Assembly (NCBI GenBank): GCA_030693295.1
Contig: JAUYAT010000008.1
Coordinates: 1-60,663 of the forward strand
Source: a bacterium
Lineage (GTDB): Bacteria; Patescibacteriota; Patescibacteriia; Patescibacteriales; VMTK01
Reading direction: 5' to 3'
DNA: 60,663 nt
Numbering within the stretch: position 1 is the first letter of the stretch; the number at the start of each line of letters is the position of its first letter. A model generated the notes under the pieces. It had not been told where the DNA came from. It worked only from the letters and a program-made list of their open reading frames with translations, and did not search any database. This document shows positions 32,769 to 40,680 of the stretch, in pieces. The translations under genes and the position numbers were made by a program.

Positions 32769-33515
32769 TCAAGTTTTTATTTCCCTGCCTCGCGCCCAGG
32801 CGATTTCAAAGATCGGCTTCATTGACTTTGCCAATTCTTCCGATTCAATAATAACGATAAAGGGCTCTTCTCCGAGCGAAGTTATGGCCAGCTTATTTCC
32901 GTAAATGGTAAAGTCCATATTGAAATTTTTTATCTCCGGCAAATATCTCGCGGATTGCCCGATCTTGGAAAACTTTTTCATTACTTCAATATCAAATTTA
33001 TTATTGGGAACCAAATGTTTTCCTTTCAGGGGAATTAATCCCTTTTTGTAATATTCCACCCACTTATCTATTGAGCCGGGGAAATGTTTTTCTATTCTTT
33101 CGTATGAAGAAATAAAAAAACCGTCTTTTGCTTGGTTCATTTCTTCATAGGTGTTCCAAATGCCCTCCTTGGTTTCATGATAAGTAATTTTTGGCCGTTT
33201 CTTTCCTTTATTATGAAGCGTTCTAAAAATGGGCAGCATTGCGATAAAGTTTTTAGCGGTAATTTGCAGTTTACTAAGAATGATTGACGGGTCAATCGCC
33301 TGATAAGTGTTTATTTTAAAATCAGGCAATTCGCTGGCGTATCCTCGCTTTATCAAGCCTTCTAAAATTACATAAATAATCGGACGCTTAAGCTCGGTAA
33401 TTTTGGCTATCTCGGTAACATTGCCCTGCCCAAGTTCAAGCAATGCCAAATAAACACTTGCTTCTTTTTCCGTAAAGCCGGTTTGTTCTAAAAGTTTTAT
33501 TAATCCATTATCCAT
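32769..33515 (-). CDS. TrmB-family transcriptional regulator (second copy)
   Basis: 248 aa: FTEKEASVYLALLELGQGNVTEIAKITELKRPIIYVILEGLIKRGY. Confidence 0.7.
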   Translation of the reverse strand: MDNGLIKLLEQTGFTEKEASVYLALLELGQGNVTEIAKITELKRPIIYVILEGLIKRGYASELPDFKINTYQAIDPSIILSKLQITAKNFIAMLPIFRTLHNKGKKRPKITYHETKEGIWNTYEEMNQAKDGFFISSYERIEKHFPGSIDKWVEYYKKGLIPLKGKHLVPNNKFDIEVMKKFSKIGQSARYLPEIKNFNMDFTIYGNKLAITSLGEEPFIVIIESEELAKSMKPIFEIAWARGREIKT

Positions 33516-33699
33516 ATTAAAATTGTAGCAAAATATTCTTAATTTGTCAATATTTTTGATGAATGATATTAATCATTCTCTAAAATTAGCTAAAATTAAA
33601 TTAAATAATTATCAATATTATTGACATTTTGTATAAATTATTTTATTGTATAATGTTCTATCGGTCTTTGAAAATTAAATAAAAAAAGGAGGAAAAGTT

Positions 33700-34428
33700 A
33701 TGGATCATGCTGGCTTACTTATTAAACTCATTAAGGGTACGTGTTTAGGGTATATCCATTCCAATGATATTAAAAGTGAAAGTGGTTTTGGAAGGGCGGC
33801 TGCCTACATGGCATTAACCGCAGAAAGGATTAAGGAAGAGCAGTTCCAAGTAAAGGCAGAGTACTGGAAGATAATGCGAGAGTTAGAAGAAACTGCATCT
33901 AAACTGCCGCTCCAACATCGAATAATTGAGGATTATTTAGGAAATCTCGTTGGAGTGAGTGAGTGGTACGAGGATCCGGTACAGAAAAGAGTCATTGAGC
34001 TTGGTAAGGGATTTTTTTTTCCAGGATTAAAAAAAGAAGGACTTCCAATCTTAGGACTCCGACAGATAGTAACAGCAAACGGATATTATCGTGGCTTTAG
34101 TTACCCGACTATCTATGATCTCGACAATGGGAAGAAATTGATAGAGCTGTACAAAAAATTCGCGAGGTCACGGAAGAAATTTCTAACCGGGCTGCTGTCA
34201 TCTCTAGTTGCTATACCTGTTGCGCTCTTAACTGACAATGCATTCGTGACAATAGGTATTATGGTAATTGCCGGGGGGTATGCCTTTAAACACCTTTTTG
34301 GGATGGTGTTTCGCATAGGAAATGCGATAGAAAAAATTAAACCGCTATTTCAAGGAGATGCAGCGCTAGAATTCTTCAAGCTCCATCCGGAATACGCGGA
34401 GATAATAAAAAAAGCGGAGGTAAAATAA
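33700..34428 (+). CDS. Hypothetical membrane protein
   Basis: 242 aa with strong SD AAAGGAGGAAAAG. C-terminal TM segments LLSSLVAIPVALL / VTIGIMVIAGGYAF. Confidence 0.5.
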   Translation: MDHAGLLIKLIKGTCLGYIHSNDIKSESGFGRAAAYMALTAERIKEEQFQVKAEYWKIMRELEETASKLPLQHRIIEDYLGNLVGVSEWYEDPVQKRVIELGKGFFFPGLKKEGLPILGLRQIVTANGYYRGFSYPTIYDLDNGKKLIELYKKFARSRKKFLTGLLSSLVAIPVALLTDNAFVTIGIMVIAGGYAFKHLFGMVFRIGNAIEKIKPLFQGDAALEFFKLHPEYAEIIKKAEVK

Positions 34429-34429
34429 A

Positions 34430-34789
34430 ATGCGAAAAATAATTACTAATATAATTATTGGGATTGCCTGTTTGATGATAGTTGTTACAGTTGTTATGGT
34501 GGCTTTTAAACAATCTGAAAAGAATCATATCGATGCTTTCTATCGCCCATTTCGCCCGGTAATGCGAAAAACATTTTATCCAATTCACCCAACGGGTAAA
34601 TTTATATTTGTAAAAAACCACTCAACCGAACCGGAACTGATAATTGTTCAAAGAAATGACGGATTTTTCTTTGCCGTTAGAAATCCGGGACTTGCTAAAA
34701 TTGTTCCGGGAAAAGAAGTAAAGGTTACGATAATTCAGTATTTCACCGGCATGGGCTGGGAAACTTCGTATCTTGAACTTAAACAATAA
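34430..34789 (+). CDS. Hypothetical membrane-anchored protein
   Basis: 119 aa. The start abuts the previous stop. N-terminal TM IIIGIACLMIVVTVVMVAF. Confidence 0.5.
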   Translation: MRKIITNIIIGIACLMIVVTVVMVAFKQSEKNHIDAFYRPFRPVMRKTFYPIHPTGKFIFVKNHSTEPELIIVQRNDGFFFAVRNPGLAKIVPGKEVKVTIIQYFTGMGWETSYLELKQ

Positions 34790-34824
34790 AGGAGGGAAAT
34801 AAATAAAAAAGTGGTGAAAGCTAA

Positions 34825-34856
34825 AAGGCGGGGACTTGAATGGAACCGCCTTTTTT
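34825..34856 (+). terminator. Intrinsic terminator
   Basis: AAGGCGG-14 nt-CCGCCTT followed by TTTT. Confidence 0.6.
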
Positions 34857-34886
34857 ATTTGCGAAAATTCAAAAGGATTAATAAGA

Positions 34887-35978
34887 TCAAACAATCAGCA
34901 TCGCGTCGCCGTAGCTGTAAAAACGGTATTTGTTTTTAATCGCGATTTTATACGCCTTATCAATATTTTTCTTGCCGGCAAACGCGGAAACGAGCATAAG
35001 CAAAGTGGATTTAGGCAGATGAAAATTTGTAATCATCGCATCAACAATTTTAAATTCATAGCCAGAGTAAATAAATATATCAGTTTTGAATTTGTAATTT
35101 TGAATTTGTAATTTATTTGGAATTTGTAATTTTGAATTTGTGATTTGAAAAGCAGCCGCTTCCAACGTTCTGACGCTTGTCGTTCCCACCGCAATTACCC
35201 GCCTGCCCTCCTGTTTCGCTTTGATGACTTTTTTAATAACAGAGTTTTTAACTTCAACCCACTCGGCATGCATCTTATGCTTCGTGATATCATCGGCTTT
35301 TACCGGCGCGAACGTGCCCAAGCCGACATGCAATGTTATATATTCAATTCGCGCGCCCTTGGCTTTTAGCTTCTTGATTAATTCCGGCGTAAAATGAAAG
35401 CCGGCTGTCGGCGCCGCCACAGAGCCGACTTTTTTATCATCGGCATAGACCGTCTGGTAATTAATTTTATCATTTGCCTGTTTTGGGATTTGTGATTTGT
35501 GATTTGTGATTTGTTTTATATACGGAGGCAGCGGCGTATATCCTATCCTGCCGACTGTATCCATCAAACTTTTGCCGCTCTTGTTAAACCGCGCCTCCCA
35601 TGTCCCGTCATTATTATTTTTAACAATTTCGCATCGCAAGCCGAGGCCGAACTCAACTTCCAAACCTTCCTTTCCGCCATGCCCGCCTAAAAGGCACTGC
35701 CATAGCGCGCCCCTGATCCGTTTTAGCAAAAACACCTCAATCTTTCCGCCGATGCCCGCTTTTTTCCCAATCAGACGGGCAGGAAATACTTTTGAATTAT
35801 TTAAAACTAAAACATCGCCTTTATTTAAATAATCAACAATGTCGTAAAAATGCTTATGTTTTATTTCGCCGGTTTTTTTGTCCAGCGCCAAAAGCCGCGA
35901 ATGGTCTCGCGGCTTTACCGGCCGTTGAGCTATCAGCTCTTTAGGCAAATTGTAGTCAAAGTCTTTCAGATGAAGCAT
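34887..35978 (-). CDS. queA: S-adenosylmethionine:tRNA ribosyltransferase-isomerase
   Basis: Likely start MLHLKDFDYNLPKELIAQRPVKPRDHSRLL at 35978; the ORF-track start at 36020 is a TTG. Contains two heptamer-array inserts. Confidence 0.85.
   Translation of the reverse strand: MLHLKDFDYNLPKELIAQRPVKPRDHSRLLALDKKTGEIKHKHFYDIVDYLNKGDVLVLNNSKVFPARLIGKKAGIGGKIEVFLLKRIRGALWQCLLGGHGGKEGLEVEFGLGLRCEIVKNNNDGTWEARFNKSGKSLMDTVGRIGYTPLPPYIKQITNHKSQIPKQANDKINYQTVYADDKKVGSVAAPTAGFHFTPELIKKLKAKGARIEYITLHVGLGTFAPVKADDITKHKMHAEWVEVKNSVIKKVIKAKQEGRRVIAVGTTSVRTLEAAAFQITNSKLQIPNKLQIQNYKFKTDIFIYSGYEFKIVDAMITNFHLPKSTLLMLVSAFAGKKNIDKAYKIAIKNKYRFYSYGDAMLIV
35084..35150. repeat. Heptamer/14-mer array inside queA
   Basis: TTTTGAATTTGTAA repeated with variants, translated as FQITNSKLQIPNKLQIQNYKFKT. 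Confidence 0.85.
35487..35514. repeat. Heptamer array (GATTTGT x4) inside queA
   Basis: Translated as QITNHKSQIPKQ. Confidence 0.85.
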
Positions 35979-36027
35979 AAAAGATGATTTTATCTTACAT
36001 CTTTTATTTAATCTTTTCAAATAAACA

Positions 36028-36056
36028 TTGACAATCAGGTAAAAATTTGCTAAGAT
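36028..36056 (+). promoter_or_regulatory. Sigma70-type promoter
   Basis: TTGACA, 17 nt, TAAGAT. About 30 nt upstream of 36087. Confidence 0.5.
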
Positions 36057-36086
36057 GCAATCTTATTTAACAGTTAACTAAAAAGA

Positions 36087-36296
36087 ATGTTAAGCGCGAT
36101 GAAAAAAGCATTATTTATCGGAATCGGCATCGGCCTGTTTATTATTGGCTTTATCGGGCTTGCTCTTCCGATTTTGCCGGGATTTATTCTGTTGTTCATA
36201 GGATTTACTTTTTTAAACAAAGAATTGAGTTGGCTTGAAAAATTGAATTTGCGGAAAGATAAATTAATTAATAAGCTAAAAAAATTTTACATTTAA
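36087..36296 (+). CDS. Small two-TM membrane protein
   Basis: 69 aa: ALFIGIGIGLFIIGFIGLALPILPGFILLFIGFTF. Confidence 0.5.
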   Translation: MLSAMKKALFIGIGIGLFIIGFIGLALPILPGFILLFIGFTFLNKELSWLEKLNLRKDKLINKLKKFYI

Positions 36297-36400
36297 TTAA
36301 GGCGTAATTGGCGTAATTGATTACTGATTAAATTTGACTTTTTTCGCAATAAAGTTTATAATTTTTTTAGTCCTTGGACAGGGCTATTATTTTTTTTAAC

Positions 36401-36475
36401 GCGCCGCTATCGTCTAATGGTCAGCCCGCCTCGACTCGCGGAGCTCGTCGACGCGAGGCGGGGACACCAGGTTTT
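36401..36475 (+). pseudogene. tRNA-Glu-like 5' half, interrupted by a GC hairpin and truncated at the anticodon loop
   Basis: GCGCCGCTATCGTCTAATGGTCAG[CCCGCCTCG..CGAGGCGGG]GACACCAGGTTTT parallels GGCCCCATCGTCTAATGGTTAG-GACACCAGCTTTTCAAGCTG of the intact tRNA-Glu 330 nt downstream. No 3' half follows. Confidence 0.5.
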
Positions 36476-36727
36476 ATGGAGTTTATATTATATTGGTTAG
36501 TAAGTAATGATTTTAAATACACATACATAGGGTTTACTGATAATATTAAAAGGAGGATTATTGAACATCAAAGAGGCAAGGTAAAAACCACCAAGAGCTT
36601 TAATGGATTTAGATGTTTTGTAATCGAAAAAGTTATTACTATTCAGGAGACTAGAAAAAGAGAAAAATATTGGAAATCAGCAGCAGGAAGAAAGAAATTA
36701 AAAGAATATTTTAATAAAATTAAATAA
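36476..36727 (+). CDS. GIY-YIG nuclease family protein
   Basis: Likely start MEFILYWLVSNDFKYTYIGFTDNIKRRIIEHQRGK at 36476. The ORF-track extension to 36374 reads through the tRNA fragment. Confidence 0.7.
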   Translation: MEFILYWLVSNDFKYTYIGFTDNIKRRIIEHQRGKVKTTKSFNGFRCFVIEKVITIQETRKREKYWKSAAGRKKLKEYFNKIK

Positions 36728-36731
36728 GTAT

Positions 36732-36803
36732 GGCCCCATCGTCTAATGGTTAGGACACCAGCTTTTCAAGCTGAGAATCGGGGTTCGATTCCCCGTGGGG
36801 CTA
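36732..36803 (+). tRNA. tRNA-Glu, anticodon UUC
   Basis: GGCCCCA TC GTC TAATGGTTAG GAC A CCAGC TTTTCAA GCTGA GAAT CGGGG TTCGATT CCCCG TGGGGCT A. Confidence 0.85.
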
Positions 36804-36812
36804 CAAAAATAA

Positions 36813-36848
36813 AATACCTCCGATGCAAATCGGGGGTATTTTATTTTT
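36813..36848 (+). terminator. Intrinsic terminator after tRNA-Glu
   Basis: 12-bp stem AATACCTCCGAT-gcaa-ATCGGGGGTATT followed by TTATTTTT. Confidence 0.75.
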
Positions 36849-36905
36849 GTATTAATTCGTATAAAATGTTATAATAAACGCAACCCAAAGACTGATGTTT
36901 TTATT

Positions 36906-39539
36906 ATGAAAAAATTTATAAACAAACAAATAGGCATAAAGATTAAAGGAATAATTTGTTTGTTGTTTGTTTTTTTATTATTAACGCCGATCAATTCAAT
37001 AAAAGCCGGTGATTTAACAAGTAGATTAAAGGGAAAAATTTTACTTCAAGTGCAAAGCCACGGTGAAGCTTGGTATGTCCATCCTGACACCGGAGAAGGA
37101 TATTATTTAGGCAGACCCGCTGACGCTTTTCGCATTATGAGGGAGTTGGGCCTGGGAATATCCAATAAAGATTTTGATTCTTTTAAGGGCGCGGCCCCCA
37201 AAAGATTAAGCGGTAAAATATTGCTTAAAATTGAAGACAAAGGCAAAGCCTATTATGTTAATCCCGTTGATTTGAAGATGCATTATTTGGGCCGTCCCGC
37301 CGACGCATTTGGAATAATGAGAAAGTTGGGTTTAGGGATTTCAAATGCCGATTTATCTGAAATACCTGTTGCCGGAGAAGGTAGTACTGCTGCGGAAGGA
37401 AATACTACTTTATTAAAATCATATCGCCTCTTGGTGTTCACGAAAATTAATGGCGCCTGGCCGACCAAAGACGGCGGTTATATTGTTTCCGGCGCGACTG
37501 ATCCCAATATTATGTTTATTCCGCCGGACGGATTCGTGGCCAAGCTTGACCAGCAAGGAAATATTCAATGGCTTAAATTTTTGAAAACCACAAATTCCGC
37601 CGGCGTTGGTAATCTTCTGGGCGATGAAGATGTCCAATCAATTATTGAGTTGAAAAACGGCGGATATTTAATGGCTTCCAAGGTGTGGGGTTTTATCAAG
37701 GCCGCGGAATGGAACGCGGACGATATAGAATTAAATAAAATAATGCTTACCAAATTAGACAAAAACGGCAATATGATTTGGAACAAGTCTTTCACCGCGT
37801 TCGCGGAGGACGCAAGAAATTCTTTATTGGAAACCGCTGACCGCGGTTTTTTATTTTACGCGAATATCCTTAATTCGGATCCGGATGAAAGAGGAGAAGA
37901 CGCAGATGTTTATCTTGATCAACCTTACGCCTCGCTTAAAGTTTTTAAGTTTGATCAAAATGGCAATATTCAATGGTCAAAGAATATTAAAAATTTTATT
38001 GCTCGCAAAAGCGAGACATATCTCACCGCTACGGCTGACGGCGGCTATGCTTTGGCGGGAAATTTAACGGAGATAAATCCGGAAAAGGAGCTGCCTTATA
38101 ATTTTGATACTTATCCGGGACTGGCTAAATTTGATAAAAATTTTAACTTTGAATGGGCGAAAAGCATGGAGGGTACGCCGTTAGATATGGCGGCGGCCAT
38201 TCCTAAGCCGGGCGGCGGGTTTGAGTTGGGATGGAAAAAAGTGCGGCAAGGGGCGATTATTACCAAAGGCATGGCGCGGACCGAAGATAACGGTTATCTT
38301 GTTTTAGGACAATGGTCCGGGGGTTTGTCCTTAATGTCAGACAGTTTGGATTTAAAATCACCCGTGAAAGGTTATCTTATAGCGTTTAAATTCAGTTCTT
38401 CAGGCAACTTGGAGTGGGTTAAAAAAATGACTTTAAGTTTTAATGAGTTCACCGCGCCGATGATAGATTTTTCCGTTTCCTTGACAACTGACAACAAAAT
38501 GTTGATGGTTGGTCCGATTACTTGGGCTGATTATGACTATGGAGAAAAAAATAAAACTGCCAGTGATCAAATTAAATGGTATAATGAAAAATACGGGGAA
38601 GCGGAAATGTCAAAAGAGGATAGTGAAAAATCTAAAGAGTCGCTACAGGATTATAAAAAAGTTCAGGCGGCTCTTAAAATAACTCAAGACGCTTTTCGCA
38701 AGGGCATTTTTATGATGAAAATGGATAGCGAATTAAACGCCGGCTGGGCAAAAATAATTAATCCGCAACGGGAGGCCGCCAACTATGTGACACGAGCGAC
38801 CGCGGATAACGGCGCCTTGATTGCCGGCGAATATACTTCCACTGACATCCAATCGGTTATATTGGATAGCATTACTTATTATAAAGACGGTTTTTTAATG
38901 AAATTGGACGCGAGCGGCAATGTTAAAGATAATAAAAATTGGATTATAAATTATAGCGGAAACATTATTACGGAATTGATGACGCCATACGCGGTTTCTA
39001 ACGATTTGAACGCGCAGACAGAACCTTATTCAATTAATTTAACTGATCGCAAGCCGGAATTTTCTCTTTACAAAAATGCCAAGACGGCCGTTTATGCTCC
39101 CTTCGCGAGTTATAAAGATCTTTTACCGCCAGTAGCGCCCTTAGTTTCCGCTTATGATACACCGCTGCAAAATTCATCCGGCGCTTCAACCGCGGCAAGA
39201 ACTTGGCCGCAAATTAATTATGAAAAAGCGATCCCGGCCGAACTGATTAATGGCAAGAGTCAAACTGTTCACGGCGAGCTCCTGCCGATTTTAAATCAGC
39301 TTTACAATAATCAAGTCAAGATGACGGACAATATGGACGGGGCGATGCTTTATTACGTATTTGATCGCATTATAACCAAAGACGATATAACCGCGGTAAA
39401 AAATTATCTTGAGGGCCTTGGTTATAAAACACAGGACGAAGGGCTTTATGAATTAACGACGTATAAGCCGGGCTATTTTTTGATTTTAACTTTTTCCACG
39501 GGTAATGCCTACAAATCGTTTTTAAAGATAACTTATTAA
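36906..39539 (+). CDS. Large secreted protein: two N-terminal ~50-aa modules plus a repetitive beta-rich body
   Basis: 877 aa with a signal peptide. LKGKILLQVQSHGEAWYVHPDTGEGYYLGRPADAFRIMRELGLGISNKDF and LSGKILLKIEDKGKAYYVNPVDLKMHYLGRPADAFGIMRKLGLGISNADL. Recurrent xxDGGYxxxG motifs follow. Confidence 0.65.
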   Translation: MKKFINKQIGIKIKGIICLLFVFLLLTPINSIKAGDLTSRLKGKILLQVQSHGEAWYVHPDTGEGYYLGRPADAFRIMRELGLGISNKDFDSFKGAAPKRLSGKILLKIEDKGKAYYVNPVDLKMHYLGRPADAFGIMRKLGLGISNADLSEIPVAGEGSTAAEGNTTLLKSYRLLVFTKINGAWPTKDGGYIVSGATDPNIMFIPPDGFVAKLDQQGNIQWLKFLKTTNSAGVGNLLGDEDVQSIIELKNGGYLMASKVWGFIKAAEWNADDIELNKIMLTKLDKNGNMIWNKSFTAFAEDARNSLLETADRGFLFYANILNSDPDERGEDADVYLDQPYASLKVFKFDQNGNIQWSKNIKNFIARKSETYLTATADGGYALAGNLTEINPEKELPYNFDTYPGLAKFDKNFNFEWAKSMEGTPLDMAAAIPKPGGGFELGWKKVRQGAIITKGMARTEDNGYLVLGQWSGGLSLMSDSLDLKSPVKGYLIAFKFSSSGNLEWVKKMTLSFNEFTAPMIDFSVSLTTDNKMLMVGPITWADYDYGEKNKTASDQIKWYNEKYGEAEMSKEDSEKSKESLQDYKKVQAALKITQDAFRKGIFMMKMDSELNAGWAKIINPQREAANYVTRATADNGALIAGEYTSTDIQSVILDSITYYKDGFLMKLDASGNVKDNKNWIINYSGNIITELMTPYAVSNDLNAQTEPYSINLTDRKPEFSLYKNAKTAVYAPFASYKDLLPPVAPLVSAYDTPLQNSSGASTAARTWPQINYEKAIPAELINGKSQTVHGELLPILNQLYNNQVKMTDNMDGAMLYYVFDRIITKDDITAVKNYLEGLGYKTQDEGLYELTTYKPGYFLILTFSTGNAYKSFLKITY

Positions 39540-39616
39540 ATTGTGGCGGAGTTATCCGCATAATATCAAAGGTCGAAAATAACAAACTTTATTTACTTTT
39601 AACAAATAAAACGGAT

Positions 39617-40255
39617 ATGAATAAAAAAACTATCATAATAATTCTGGCCGCCATCGTCGTAGTCGGCGGCGTGTCTTACGGCGTCAATCGCTGGCGCCAA
39701 CAACAGCTGGCCAATCAAATTTTAAAAGGAATGTATGGCGTTGACGCAGGTTTGCTGGGCAAAATAACCGGCGGCGGAGGAAATATTACCAATCAAATAG
39801 CGCAGGAAATGGCCAAAGAAGCGGCTAAAGATGAAGCTCAACAGAAGAAAGATGAAGCCAAAGAGGCCGCCAAAACACCGGAAGACAGATACGATGAAAT
39901 TGAGGAAGCGGAGACTTACGACGCTGATTCCAAAGCCGCGGTAAGCGAAACCAAAAAAATCGTTGAAAAGGTATTTGGCAAAGCCAAATTAACTTCTATT
40001 TACACCAGCACGTATGGATCCGAAGATGTTCAGTCCAGTATGATGGAATTTGAAATTGCCCGTCTTGTAACCGGAGCGGATTTGGGCGCGCTCAATAAAG
40101 CGCTTACCGACAAGGGTCTGCCGATTATACAAAGCAGCATATCGGATAAAACCGCTATGGTTGTGGCCGGCAGCAATGAAACTGTTGTGTACTCCTTTGG
40201 TTTTGAAATTGACGGGCAGACCGTGGGTGTCAATATCATGAAAACCAGCCAATAA
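39617..40255 (+). CDS. Membrane-anchored hypothetical protein with a Lys/Glu-rich linker
   Basis: 212 aa with N-terminal TM IIIILAAIVVVGGVSYGV. Confidence 0.5.
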   Translation: MNKKTIIIILAAIVVVGGVSYGVNRWRQQQLANQILKGMYGVDAGLLGKITGGGGNITNQIAQEMAKEAAKDEAQQKKDEAKEAAKTPEDRYDEIEEAETYDADSKAAVSETKKIVEKVFGKAKLTSIYTSTYGSEDVQSSMMEFEIARLVTGADLGALNKALTDKGLPIIQSSISDKTAMVVAGSNETVVYSFGFEIDGQTVGVNIMKTSQ

Positions 40256-40285
40256 TTTTAATTCTTAATTCTTAATTTAATTCTT

Positions 40286-40618
40286 ATGGAACAAAATACT
40301 CCAATAATCGGCGGAAGTAAAAATACCGCGATGGCGGTTATAGCGTATATTTTATTTTTTATTCCGCTTTTAACCGGCGACGCCAAAAAAGACGCCTTCG
40401 TGAAATATCATACCAAGCAAGGTTTAGTGCTGTTTTTACTGGTGGTGTTGTTAAATATTGTGGATCGGATTATGCCGTTCTATTTTTGGTGGACAATCAA
40501 TTGGATTTTAAGTTTGGGGACACTGGTATTATTGATTATCGGCATCAGTAACGCCGTGGGCGGCAAGCAACAGCCATTACCTCTTGTTGGCAAGTTTTCG
40601 GACTTTTTTAAATTTTAA
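40286..40618 (+). CDS. DUF4870-like small membrane protein
   Basis: 110 aa: AVIAYILFFIPLLTGDAKKDAFVKYHTKQGLVLFLL. Confidence 0.55.
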   Translation: MEQNTPIIGGSKNTAMAVIAYILFFIPLLTGDAKKDAFVKYHTKQGLVLFLLVVLLNIVDRIMPFYFWWTINWILSLGTLVLLIIGISNAVGGKQQPLPLVGKFSDFFKF

Positions 40619-40680
40619 GTAAAGAGCTGCAAAAAACAAAACGCCGAGATTTTGCTCGGCGTTTTGCATATATTGAAATT

